A stretch of DNA of 64,000 nucleotides, taken from Paragordius varius (Eukaryota; Animalia; Nematomorpha). Under the pieces are notes generated by a model that did no database searches, was not told where the DNA came from, and was given only the letters and a program-made list of their open reading frames with translations. The stretch covers positions 4,650,001 through 4,714,000 of the forward strand of contig OZ176055.1 of assembly GCA_964247055.1 (NCBI GenBank), given 5' to 3'. Shown here piece after piece: positions 1 through 20,701 of the stretch (position 1 is the stretch's first letter; each line of letters begins with the position of its first letter). The position numbers and the translations under genes were made by a program.

Positions 1-57
1 ACGCCAAATTGCCAAATAGGTTTATATAATTCATGTATAATGATAATGTATTTAAAA

Positions 58-257
58 CAGAGCTTCGAACCTATCTCGAGGAGATTTTAGGAAGAACCGG
101 CTTAGTTGGGTCGGAACCAACCCGGTCCCGGTTTTATTTCTTAGGGAGCCACCCGGCTCCGGATATAATATTTTAGGACCCACTTCGGTTTTATTTTTAA
201 ATTATTAGGAACCAAGCCGGTTGCGGTTCAAATTTTTCGACGCGGTTCGAAGCCCTG
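58..257. mobile_element. hAT-type MITE (~200 bp)
   Basis: TIRs cagagcttcgaacc (58-71) and ggttcgaagccctg (244-257) match 13/14. The 8-bp flanks atttaaaa / atttcaaa match 7/8 with central TA on the left copy. Interior is rich in aaccgg/ccggtt. Confidence 0.7.
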
Positions 258-370
258 ATTTCAAAAATCCATTTTTTTATTAATCTAGTTTTTCATTGCA
301 TTCTAAGATAATTTAAAAATAATTAATTTTACTTTTTGTAATAATATATAAACCTATTTAATTGATAAAG

Positions 371-3300
371 TACCAAACTTTTTACATATAGCGATAAAGG
401 CGTTTTTTCGGTTGTAATCCTGGTAAATCTCTTAAATTTCCAATTTTATTATTAAGGAACGACATTGAAGAAAAAACTGTGATAGCTTATGCCGAAGCGC
501 GATTAAACCCGGCAAAATTCCCAAAGAATTTCGATTTCTTGGAGTATTTTGGGTCCCTTTCTGCCGCACGACTATCCAATGCCCAAAATTCACATATGTC
601 ATCAAGTCTTAACACAATCATAAATTACAATCAACATTCAACGCTTAATAGTTGTTATACACTGAGTAGTAATTACAATACATCATTGAATCCTTACTCA
701 GGTTCTTCTTCAGATTTTGGTGGCGCTTTAAGTGGTGGAGGGTCCGTACCCTATTTGGTTGAGGACGAAAGCTATTTGTTCGAAGAGATGGACTTCCGTT
801 TGGTAGGAATGGTTGCACTCAGAACCTTGGCTCAACAAGACAAAAAATCTACGCGATCTTTAATCAACAGATTCAAAAATGCCGGAATTAAAGTATAATA
901 TTTTTAAATAATATAATTTGAGATAGTTCAGTCAAACTCTTTTTTGTGGATTATTTTGATAAATTCCCCCTTTTTGTGTAAAATATTTTTTATCCCATTT
1001 GTTGTGCTTATATAATAATTTAAATTCGGTTAAACATATTTATTATTTAACATAATTTGAATTCTTTTATTGAATTTATTGTTTTGACCAATAAATGTTA
1101 AAAACAATTGAACAAATCTAGCAATTTCTGGGTGTATGATGTTAAAAGTTCTGATAATATTTTAAAGGCACATAACCTTTTGTGACGGTTTTTGAAAATT
1201 ATTTTTATACACCCCTATCCTAGACAATAATAAAAATTATTTTTTATTACATAGAATATATTGCACAGTCAAGTTTTTTTACAAGAAGGGTTTTACTGTT
1301 GCATATATTAAAAAATAATAAGAAATTATGTAGAATTTTTGGGATCCATTTATGAGATATTGAAATTTTAGGTAATGATTTTAAGCAAAGAGGGCGCAGA
1401 AACAACCAAACAAATGGCAAAAAATTATGGAATATTTGATGAGAATAGCGAAACTTTGGATGATGTGGCCGAAAAATTGAATCTTACTCTAGACAGATTG
1501 GATCCCACGTAAAATCCAATACAATTTAACATTGATTTAAATTCAAAAAAGTCTTTTTCGCGTTAAGTTATTTGAATCTAATGTGATATATATAAAAAAT
1601 TATAATTGTTAACATTAGTCAAGCAACATGTCATATCATTGACTGTGAAATGTTAAAGGATATGTCGTTTGCCGAAATCGACAATACACTTTCAACGCTT
1701 TTATACAACCATTTCAGCAACAACAGTGCAGTAAATACAACTCTAAATACGGTGACGGATTCTTCATGGGGAAAGGGGATGGGTTCGCAAATATCGACAA
1801 CTATATCCGGTAAATTTGATATATTTTATATTAAATTGCTAAAAATACAAGAAAATTTAAAATTCTACAGACAAACCTATTTTTTTCAAAAGACAATCAA
1901 TCGTACTTCTTAAACTTTTTTCCTATATAAATCAGTTAATTCCAATCGTAAAACATATAATTGATTGTGTTACTAGTTTTTAATCTCTATTTCATACTTT
2001 GTTTAACACAATGATTTATATTTTAATAAAATCACTTTTAAAAAGTGCAACGGTCTTTTGTAAAAAAAATTATCCTTATGTTTTCACGTTTTGTCCGCAT
2101 TATCTTAGTTTTTACTATATAAAACAATTTGCGTATATGTATACATTAGTTAACCCCAATCACCAACAACAAATGTACACTAATTATGCAGATAGCCAGA
2201 GTATGACTTCTAGTCGTTTAGGCCTTGTTAATACAGCCAGTATGCACAGTTTAACCTCGGGTAGTCATCCGCATAGCCATTCCCAACATACTTTAACTAA
2301 TTTTCAGGTAGCTTTTTGTTGCAACAAAAGTCTCACGTCTGACCCATCCAAAATATCCGCACTAACGTTCAGTCATCACAAATTACGGCTTATAGAAGCA
2401 TTTCAAAGACTTGGCGATGTCATAGCTGTCATAGGATCAACTACACCTGATTGCGTTGCACTCAAACGATGTGATATAGGTTTTTAGCAGTATTATATAT
2501 TTATATGGGATATATAATGTAATATAACTTAAATACCTAGTATATATGTTTTTTTTTCACTTTATAGGAATAGGTCTTGAACAAGGGAATCAGATCTCTC
2601 ACAAATCCGCTGATCTCATACTCATGCAAGATTCTCTTCAAGATATATTGATTTTGGTCGAAGAAGGTTGGTTTTCATTAAAAAACATTTTCGTAAATAA
2701 TTTTGCTAAAAAAATGTAATCATTTATATGTATTAAATAAATTAGGTCGCGTTTTTTACGACAATTTGAAAAAAGCATTAATCTACATTCTCTCAAGCAA
2801 ATTAGCCCAAATTTTACCAATCATCATTTATTTTACATGCAATATACCAATGCCATTAAGCATCACAACCGTATTTTGTGTGGAAATATGTGTGAACCTG
2901 GTATAAATTTTTTGATAAATATAAGTTAATGCTTAGTCAATTCTTCGCCTTAAATATTTGAGATAAAATTATCTCTAAAATTATTCGTTTAGATTCCATC
3001 GATTGGTCTTTTTAATGAACAGGCAGAAGGAAATGTGATGAAAAGAAGGCCTAGAGATATTTATTCGGAAAAACTGGCTTGTCTACGGTAAATCTTTGAG
3101 ACTATAAAATTTTTTAATTTTATTAATTAAATTGGGGCAGAGAACCTCTAAATATGAGTGAATCAATATTAACCATCACTAATAAACATACAAAGTCCCT
3201 ATCTCTCTTAACTTAGAAAACCTTAATTTTGCAAAAATAGCTTACTCTGACCTATAAGTCGTATTATATCGCCCACCATTTTTGTGTTGAATAAATATTT

Positions 3301-6300
3301 GTTTTTGATTAAATCAAAAAATATATTGCTAAATTTTATTTTAATAAAGATGGTATGTGGGGATCTGGAACAATTCATAACTATACTGATTTACATTTTA
3401 ACGTGTAACGTAATGTTTATATGGGTTGGATAAGGTTTTGATTGCATAATGCCTATTTAGGGTTATACATTATCATAGGAGACTACAATTTGGCAATACA
3501 TTATACGGGATCCTTAATGTCTTTATGACATTTTATATTTATTTAAATATCCAAAATTCTACTTTTATAATCAGATCTACAATGCAGCTTTTACACTTCA
3601 ATTTAAATTGGGTTAATACCTCAGAATATATTTAAGTTGATATTTTTAAAAAACTGAAAGAAACGGTCCCAATAAATTTATATCATCCTAATAAAAACTA
3701 GATAAATAAATATCTAAATAAAATTTATTTTTAGAAAAAAAGTTCCATATCAAACTGCTTCGACGCCATTTTATTTTATAACATTTTCGCTGATTATCGT
3801 GTTTAATTTTAAAGCTAATATTAAAGTTATTTTGTATTTAAGTCACACTAACATTCGAACAGAAAAAGTGGTTTATTTTATATTATTTTTTAATTAATGC
3901 AAACTGTCATATTGACTAAATTCTTACCTTTGTTTACCTTAAAATAAATAAAATCAAGTATTTTTGAAAGAATAATTTATATTTTGGTTCATTAATATAT
4001 AAATGCAAACTTTTTCCATCTTTTTAATTCCTTCAATATGTTTTGAAGTATTGAATTTTAAACAGGCCTGGGGTATTCAAATACCCCATTTTGAATCAAA
4101 GGACTGAAAATAATGCGTTGTATATAAGCAATAAGCATTTTAAACCTCAATTAACACAAATTAGTATAACACATCCGTTTGTTTGAAAATTAGAGCTCAT
4201 AATTTAAGGATATCTACGCCTATTAAATCTATATCTTCAATTATTCATATATTTATTATTAAAGTTTTTTAATTATGCATTAGATTATTTAAAAGGGCCT
4301 TTCTTTTCAACGGACCCATACAACTATTAGCCTGTCTGACCGTATACGTTGTTATAATGGCCGAAAATGGATTTTGGCCTCGCACCTTGTTGGAAAAGCG
4401 TGTTTATTGGAATTCTGAATTCATAAATGATATTACGGATTCCTATGGACAAGATTGGGTAGAGAACATATTTTAAATTAAGTTTTTAGTATTTACATGG
4501 GCTGTTTTGCTGTGTTGGAAAGTTTTTATTTGAAAAACAAAACAGAATTTGTTACCCGTACCATTAGCACATTTGAAATCGGAACCGCGGTTCTGAGAGT
4601 TTTAAAAGAGAATATTGAATGTTTTCCCTTTTTTTCAAATATTCAACACAGTGTAAATAAACATCTGTAAATGCCAATACACCAATAAAATATTTAAAAT
4701 AAAATTTTATGCCTTTAACCAATTCTGTTGTTTTTGATATCCCAAAATATATTGAATCCGAAAATATGATACAAAATGAAGTCGGTATTCCTTGCTTTTT
4801 AGATTTTTGGTTTAAATTTGCTTTTACCAAATTTGAGTCTAATCATTCATTTCCAATTATAATTTAAAATAAGTAAATATTATATTTTACCAGAAAAAGA
4901 CTGTTTTAATCTTTAGATATAACGTATAATAGCGAACAATATTTGTTTAATTTTTTTGATATATTATGATTAAAACCATTCAAAGTTCGTTGCTTTGGTG
5001 CATTAAAATTTCGGAAGTTGCAGAGGTTTAAGCATTGTTTTGTCTTTATAGCATATAATATATATTTAAATTTTAGCTTCATATTTTCTATATTATAGTC
5101 GTTTAATCAATGCATTATTAATATTACATACAGCTGCCTAATTAAGGTAGGTATGAACATTTAAAATTTTAAACGGCACGACCAAAACGCTAAGTATATT
5201 TTATTTACGACATTTTATTTTGTCCGACAGAGTTATTACGATCGAAAAAGGCTTGAATTTGCGTGTCACAGTGGATTTCTCTGGACCCTTTTTATGCTGC
5301 AAGCTGTCAACGCCATAATGTGTACCAAAAAAGTTCATTCCCTATTCGCCAAAAAATCAAAATTCGAGTAAACCTTTTTATTTTAATTAAAATTTTTCCT
5401 ATATTAATTATAATGTTTGTTTGTTCTCCTTTCAGAAATTGGCCATTAGTGTGGTGCCTTTTCCTATGCATGATTATAATATTGTTTGTAATTTATGTGC
5501 CTGGACTCAATTTCCTTCTCAAACTACAGCCTATTAAGTAATATTTGTTGAATATTAAATTTTTACTTATTTTCACAATGTGTACTTTATACTATTATAC
5601 GAAATATATCTAGACTTTGTTAAAAAACCTTTACGATGTTTTGTTATTAAAAAAACAATAAGGTTTTAAAATGATTTGAACATCAAAAACCGTGGCCAGG
5701 TTAAAATAGGGGTGTCCAACATGCGAGCCGCATTCGGCTCTCCTTAGTTTCGACCCGCGAAAAGTTCGAAACATTACCAAATAAAATCGAAATTTCATAA
5801 GCAAAATATTATCCTGGTAAATATTTCACCAAATTTTCTACTTAGGTTTTTCCAAATTTTGGCAATGAAGTAGCAAAAAATGTTGAAGTAAATAGTGGTT
5901 AAATTATATTCGTAATAACAATCTTATGTTAATTCATAAAAATATTTTTAAACCATATATTTTACGGAGCCGCCCACCGGGTTTTTAGAGTCAAAAATGC
6001 GGCCCTTGAAGACGTTTGTCTTGAGACACCTGGTTTAAAATATCATTGGGTAATAGGAAAAATGAAAAGTATATGAAAAAACGACTTAATTCCATAAATG
6101 GATAATTATTTTTATTTAAAATAATACCTCCATTTAATCTATCGAAACATTCCAAGTTAAATAAAATTAGTGTAAATTTATAATAATATAATATGTTTTA
6201 ACCGAAATTTTTAAATTCTACAGATTTTGGTGGCTGTTTCCTGGGATTCCATATGCATTAATTCTATTCTTGTTTGATGAATCTCGTAAATTTATTATTC

Positions 6301-6344
6301 GCCGTGATGGTGAGAGCACTATGGCGCTTGAAACCCTATATTAA
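371..6344 (+). CDS. Divergent Na+/K+-ATPase alpha-like (P2C) paralog, 5' part outside the window; probably catalytically inactive
   Basis: Hand-spliced exons: ~371-413, 457-892, 1372-1508, 1619-1809, 2150-2479, 2568-~2667, ~2747-2901, ~2992-3088, 4284-4458, 5231-5367, 5436-5537, 6224-6344. They align colinearly with the neighbouring pump (NAGIK|V, GRVFYDNLKK, MKRRPRD, NDITDSYGQDW, C-terminal ETLY*). No stop or frameshift in the spliced frame. The start of the first visible exon is uncertain. Confidence 0.85.
5707..6032. mobile_element. hAT (Buster-like) MITE in the last intron of the divergent ATPase
   Basis: Left end taggggtgtccaac, right end gagacacctg. Flanks ggttaaaa / gtttaaaa (7/8). 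Internal sequence resembles the 57647-57945 copy (atgcgg, aaattttggcaatgaa.tagcaaaaaatgt). Confidence 0.75.
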
Positions 6345-9300
6345 TATCTATCATTGTTCCTTATATAATTTTTATCAAATGTGATTTTCTTTATCTTAAT
6401 ATTGTATTTATTTATGCATTTTATAATAAATTGTGAATTATGTAATTTATCAAACTATTGTATCCAACAAGTAAAAATGTTGCTTAATTGGTTAGTTTTG
6501 AAAACATAATTTACAACATCTGGCTGTTTAAAGTAAAACTTTTAAATTTTACGTTAAATATGGACTCAATGTGAAAATGTTATTGTCCAATACTGAATAA
6601 ACCATGTTCAGGCACTAGCCTTTAAAGTAGATATTTAAAAATAAAAAAATTTGCCAAGTTAGAACCGGTTGTTTGAGTTTAAAGTTTTATGCAGTTATGC
6701 AATAGAGCTCTTTTGTTAAAAAAGGAAGATATATAAACTGTAAATAATAAGTTGATTTATAAATTTTTCGCTCTTTTTTTACCTCTTTCTTGAAAATAAT
6801 ATAAAAATGCAACCTCGGATAATCTAACAGCTCAAAATTGGTCTTTTAGGCGTTAATAAATATTTCCAACTCTCATATATTTGTGTAAATTTATAGTTAT
6901 ATCATTTATTTGACACAAACAATTTTCTAATAATTATATTTCATACAATGTTGCAAATAAAAAAATAGCCTTAGGTCATTAATTTTGTTTTTTGCAACAT
7001 ATATTTCAAGGGCATATTTTTATAATATTTATATGTACATAAAGAATAGATGATATTTATGCATATAAGGACGACCAGTGATTATTTCACACTTATGTAG
7101 CATATATTATATTATTGTTTGGTGACGGCTATTAATTTTCAATTTTTTCCGAAATCTTCAACTTTATTTACCATTTTCAAAAAAACCAATTATCAATACT
7201 TATAATTATTTTCTGAATCCCAATTTATTAAACCTTTAAAAAATTAGATGGTAGATATTGGCAAGGTATACGTTGTTTCTGAAATTTATACTTTAAACGG
7301 TAAAGTATTAATAGGTAGTTTAAAACGGAAATAGGTCGCACATAATTTTTATTTATTTCGTTTCGTCGTCACATAGATTTTTACGTATTTTTCCATATTC
7401 ATTCACATTACAAAACCACAGTATGATAAAATTATTTTTGGCATTTTTTTTCATTATACGGTAACGAACAAATCAAATGTTTATCATAAATAGAGAGACA
7501 ACGAAAATAGTGGGGTATAGCTTTGTCACCAAATAATGACATATCAAGAAGATGTATTTTCTTTTATTTTCGCATTCATATTTTTTTATATAAACCTCCA
7601 CAACGTTTTAGTATTTTTATAATTATATTTTTTGCTTAAAGCTAAATATTGTCTATTTTTATTATTAAATTCATTTATGTGTAAGTTATCATTACTATTC
7701 TTAAATAACTTTCACATGGTTTAAGGGATATGCGATAGGTCGTATATTAATTTGAAAAATAAGACGACCCACAAGGTTTTTTTTATAATTTTTTCGCAAT
7801 ATTATTTCTATAATATCCCTCAAAAAATGATCTTATCTCTTCCTAAAGACAAGTTATAATTAACCTATTTGTACACCAATTATTCATATACCAAAATTGA
7901 AATTCTCCATATATTCTAAATTCCATTTTTGCTGAGGATTTGTTATAATTCTTGCCTAAAATCATGGATCGTTTGGTAACATCATTTTAAATCATACATG
8001 TTTAGATAATTGTTTTAGCAAATAATTATAAAAACCATATTTGTTGTACATGCCTTACAATAAGCGGCCGCAGAAGGTCATAAAGTAACACTTTCTAGCA
8101 TAATAAGATCATTTTAGTTTTTTACATTGAAGGTTTATTTTTTAAATTGACGGTTTTCCAACATTAATTTTGAATTACTAAAGATTAGTTTTAATTTCTT
8201 ATATGTATTACAATAATTGCCCACAACGATATATGGACATCCTGTGTTGTGGTCAAAAATCGATTTATCTCAAACGGCCTATTGAGTATAATGCGATTAA
8301 TTTCTACAACTTATGCAATTAAAATTTTAGCATTACTCAGCATACCCATGTTTATTGATTAAATATCATGATATGGGTAAAATATCACACTGGATTAGAT
8401 CTAAACGCTAGTTTTAATAATTATAAAAGATGATAATTTATATAGTTTATTTTTAAAGATGTTAGTAGAATAAATAAATCAATTTAATAATCAATATTTG
8501 GCTGAAAAGCGCACATTTATCATTACTAATTATTGAATTTGTAGGGTAATGATATATGTACTAATAACAATTATTATTGTTAACAATGCCAAGGTTAACA
8601 AATAAACAAATTATGTAATTTTTTAAACAAATTGTAATTCCGTATTTTGAAAACTAAAACTCATTTAATTATTATTCTATGTGTGGTTAATAATTTGTGT
8701 TATGCAACATCTAAAAAATATAATTTTTGCTGATTACTAGAAGCAGCAAAAATGATCCGACGGGCAAGGCGAGTGTTTTGATAGAAATAAGGACTGTCTT
8801 TATCAGAATTAAGATAAAATATCTGACATTATAGTTAATAGGGAATCGGATATAATTCACCAGAGAATCATTGTATAGGATCATTGTCATTAATCATTAT
8901 CAAAGCTATTCTAGCCATTTAGCAAAGACCATCTACCATAGTGTATGAAAATGACTTCCATTTTATGCATGACATATCCAATAGGTGCCATTGTTTTTTA
9001 AATATCCAACTTTCTTGAGTTTAAAATTTAAAAAACGCATAGTTATGCAAAATATCACAGAATTTCAATTCCTTTCCAATCTAATATCATTAAAATAATG
9101 TTGAATCTAAGAGTCATGGCTAAATAATTACATGAGCGGTTTTAGATATTGGTTTGTTATTTTATTAAATATAATTCAGTTTTTTTATCGTCTGCTATGT
9201 CCACCTGTTTCAAAAGAATATTATGTTCTATATTTTAATCTGTTTGCCGTCGTTATTTAAATTTGAAAAAATAGGTTTTTATTTTATAAAACAAATTTGA

Positions 9301-9950
9301 ATGATATTTTACTATTTAATACCTTATCTTCATTCAACACAAGACATATTCCTATAATAAATCCGATGACCGGTTAGTATCGATTTAAATTTTTATATAA
9401 TTCCGCATAAAACGTTTGAATTTCTTTAATATTAAGGACAAAAGTTTAAATATTTATTAAGGACAGATATGTCTATTTATTCCAGACCTTAACGAGTTTT
9501 ACTATAATATGCGTTAATATATTTTGGAGATGTTTTATTATCAATGATTAGATGCCATATTTAAAAATGGGGCTTTTTTGAAGAAATTTGATTATGTCTA
9601 CAATAATATACAGAGTGATAAATTTAATCTTATTTGACATCTAATTCACAGTATTCATTCGGCTTGTAAGAGAGCTTATCTTCGACCCAATCTAGAAAAT
9701 AAAATTTATTTTGTTTGTAAAAATTCTTAAATTATTATATGTTGAAAATATATAACGTTAAAAAATAAATTCTTTTTTAGTTATAAAAACATTTTTTTAA
9801 AAAAATACATTTAAGGCAACACTGTTTGATTTCAGTACTTTTTTCTAAAATGTTTATGAAATTTTGAATTTGATTAGCAAAGTGGGATTAAAGATATTGC
9901 GTATTTGGTTTTAAATCGTTTTAGTATTTAGTATTTAAATTATACGATAA

Positions 9951-17042
<7,092 letters not shown>

Positions 17043-17515
17043 CGGATAATAATATTTTTGTATTAAAATTGTGAACGCATTCTCAATTAAAATCCTGCCT
17101 CTGTAATATTTTTTATGAAACAATTGGCCCTATGCAATATTTAAATTGTTTTATTATTATCTGTATACCGAAAATTAAATAGTTACAAGTATACAATTAA
17201 TAAAAAACCAAATCAAAAAACAATGAGTTAAATTGGTGTACGTATATAGATAGGAACAAAAATATTAGATGTATGTCTTATTTTGTATAAATTAAACTAT
17301 ACTCATACTTATTTGAATCATCTCATTTATAATCCTGCACGTTATAAACATATAAAAATCTCGAAAAATGACTCAAATGCATGCGATGAACTCTAAAAAA
17401 ATGAATTTATATAACTTACACCATTTAAACCTATATGTATGCTAACAAACCCATTTCAAATAAATGAATATAAGATTACGTCTGAAAATTTGAGTTTTTA
17501 AAAAATAGCTTAGAT

Positions 17516-17703
17516 CAGTGATATTCAAACCGTGGCCATAATAATACTCTTGTATGGCAATATATTATTAATTAAATTAATAACTTATTTGGAGTAATAT
17601 CTGCAAAGGCGTCAAACAGCTATGTAAATTTTATCGGTATTATGGCCCTTGAGACAAGAAAAATGTTTTTTTGGCCTTTACAATTATTTGGTAAGTACCA
17701 CTG
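17516..17703. mobile_element. hAT (Buster-like) MITE between the convergent ATP1A and SRPRA 3' ends
   Basis: Ends cagtgatattcaaa ... gtaagtaccactg. Perfect 8-bp TSD gcttagat on both sides (17508-17515, 17704-17711). Confidence 0.85.
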
Positions 17704-18172
17704 GCTTAGATGCAATGCCGATATGGGAAAAAACGTTTTATTTCAAATTTCATTTGAGGATGTGCCTTTTGCCAATTAAAAAAAAGTTTATGATATAAAA
17801 ATTATAAATTTTTAAAAAATAAAGTATCAGTTTATTTTGTTATGTTATAAGGAAAAAGGTGCAAATTCTAATATTAGTAATTATAGAAAGATTAGCCTAC
17901 TAAAAAATCAACAATCATAAATTTTATACAAAAATAATATTTGAAGAATTAATTTATTTTAATGCTTTACAAAATAATTCGGAATAATTTAAATGGCATA
18001 CAGTTATTTTTCTAATTAAAAACAAATTTCACATAATTGTTTCATAATAAAATCTATTTTTAATTTAATTATAATATTATTGGTAACAAAGTTGTCAATA
18101 TAAATTGTTAAATATAATTGACGGGATAAAATGACTTTTAACCAATACATAATAAATGTTTGAGATAAAATT

Positions 18173-20652
18173 TTATTTTAACAAGGAATGGATGACAGAT
18201 TTAACATCTAGTTGACGTAAATCAGTGTAGGTCTGACCAGTTCCAACGAAGAGGATCGGTTTTCCTGATATATATGTCATACTCAGGGCCGCACCAACCT
18301 AAAAATATATTTTAATTTAGATTCATAAAAAAAGACAATTTTTTGATTTGACCAATAAAGCACACCCATTTAATCGCCAAATAAAAATGTCTTATATGAA
18401 AATCATTTTTAAAGTTTTGTGAAAAACTTTAAAATAATTATAAATACTATACAAACTTTATCCCATATAAAATATTAGGCATTTTCTAGATTCCTATATT
18501 AGATTCATTCATATCAAAATAAAATCTTTAAGAAATACAAAAAAATAAAAATTTAGACATGTCATATTTAAGCCTGTTCCCTTAAATGAATTAATTACAA
18601 TGAAATTTATTTAGAATTTACATTACTTTATCTACAATCCAAAACAATAAATAATTTTTAAGAAATCAACTTTCAAAAGTATGGTTGTCCTTTAAAAAAA
18701 TTATCTGCCTTTATGTTACATTTTTTTCTGTATAATTTCACGTTATACTGCATTAACAATAAATTAACGAATTGCGCGAAAAACACATATATATATAAAA
18801 TTGATGCCAATTAATCATTAAATATGCGTAAATACCTTATCGTCGACCGTATCAAACTTTGTGAGCAATATACCATCAATGGTCCGCGCTGGACAATTAA
18901 AACCCAAATCATTTAATGATGATGGGGATTGTTTATTAATATTGAAATCATCATTTGGAATTCCTATAGGCACATTCGAGTAATCAACTAGTGCTCTATT
19001 GAATTTCACCAATTGATCAATTGCTTCGTTCCCAACTAAGGCTTCGCCCACAAAAAGAATTAAGTTTGGATTATTAACCTGTATCAGCTGTATTACGGTA
19101 AAAAATTTAAAAATAAAATATTTTAACAATTAATCCATTGATAAAAAAGATCACGATGTATTATACCTTTGCCAAAGCTCTCATTAAGGGTTCGTTATCT
19201 TGCATTCTACCAGCTGTATCCACGAGTACAACATCAAACCCATTTTCTTGAGCTGTTAAATTTTAAAACAAGATTATTTAATATAAACACCATTTATAGA
19301 CTAAATTTCGCCTCATATTAAGCTTTCTATATAAACAGCGCCTAAAAGCTAATTAGCTCACCCTGATCATTGTACTTTTCCGATTTTTAAATAATATTTT
19401 ATATATTTTTTAAAAGGATCTGCAGATAATGACCCAGGCATTTTTCCTACAATCGGGATCATTTTGAATGGGATAGTTATATAAATACAGTCTTTACTAT
19501 CATAAACAGGTAATAATTGAAAAACATTTACCAATACCAGCAATTATCATTAAAAAATTTACGAATGATAATCTCTAAATTCAATTCTGACAACTTATAC
19601 TAGCGTTGACGCTCACCAACTATCGGCAAACCAATACATAAAAAATTGGACATTATTTTCCTAAAACCATGCTTTAGGGAATAAAATAATCTATATGATA
19701 TATTACCATATTCAATGGCTTCTTTGGCGACTCCAGCAGCATCCTTACCGTAACCCTTTTCATACAATTGAACTTTCCAGGGAATATTTGAGTTCTCTGT
19801 ACCCGAGGGTGGTGGATGTAATGCATTGAGATGGCGTGCGTGAGTCCTCAATTGCTCGACCGCTCCAGACCTAAAAGTGTCACAAGCTGCAATCAGTACC
19901 CTTAAATCATTTTCAATGAGCCAAAATGCGATCTAATGATATATAATATTATATAATGATCCCTTATAGTAAAAATTTCAAAAAAACATAACAAGTATAA
20001 GAGTAATTTTTTTAATAAAGAAAACCATATTTTCAAACCATGATTTTTTTCTAAACACTTTAACAATTAGAGCTGTAAAATATTGGGTATAATACCATTT
20101 TAGATGTATATTCATAACTTCGCAACCAAAAACGATAGGTTATAATAAACAAATCTAGGTTATAAAAAATGGTTGTTCTCATGTATAAAAAATTGTATTT
20201 TAAATTTACGTTTTCTCTGTATAACATTAATTTTTATTGCATCTACAAAAAATTAGTATTGTTCAAACTTTGGCAAGATTAGTGCTTTTTCCCACACCAT
20301 TTACACCGCAAAATGTGATGACATAAGGTCTTTTCTTTTCATTTGTACTATTTTTTCCATTTACTCTTGCTGATTTCATTGCCGATTGACTCCTGATATC
20401 GTGCATAACATTAATTATGCGACCAGGGGATAGAACTTTTTGACATGCATCTTCAAGGGCCTTATTAACCGTAGATTTTAGGGTTGTGAACGTACCCAAA
20501 TTCTAAAATTTAATAATAACAAAGGTAATTTATTATATATTAATAGTTCTTTCATGTGTATGGATTGAAGTATAGTTTGTAATATACTATGTAGGATTTG
20601 TATATTATAATACCCTTTATAAAAGCTGACAAGGTAAAATAAATGTAAGGTT

Positions 20653-20701
<49 letters not shown>

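Noticed and set aside
2638-2820. Short listed ORFs overlapping real exons on the opposite strand or in other frames (2638-2820, 10202-10467, 12677-12940, 16704-17123, 20757-20984, 34397-34603)
   Set aside because: They are shadows of ATPase, SRPRA or SKI2 exons, or of intron sequence, with no independent motifs.
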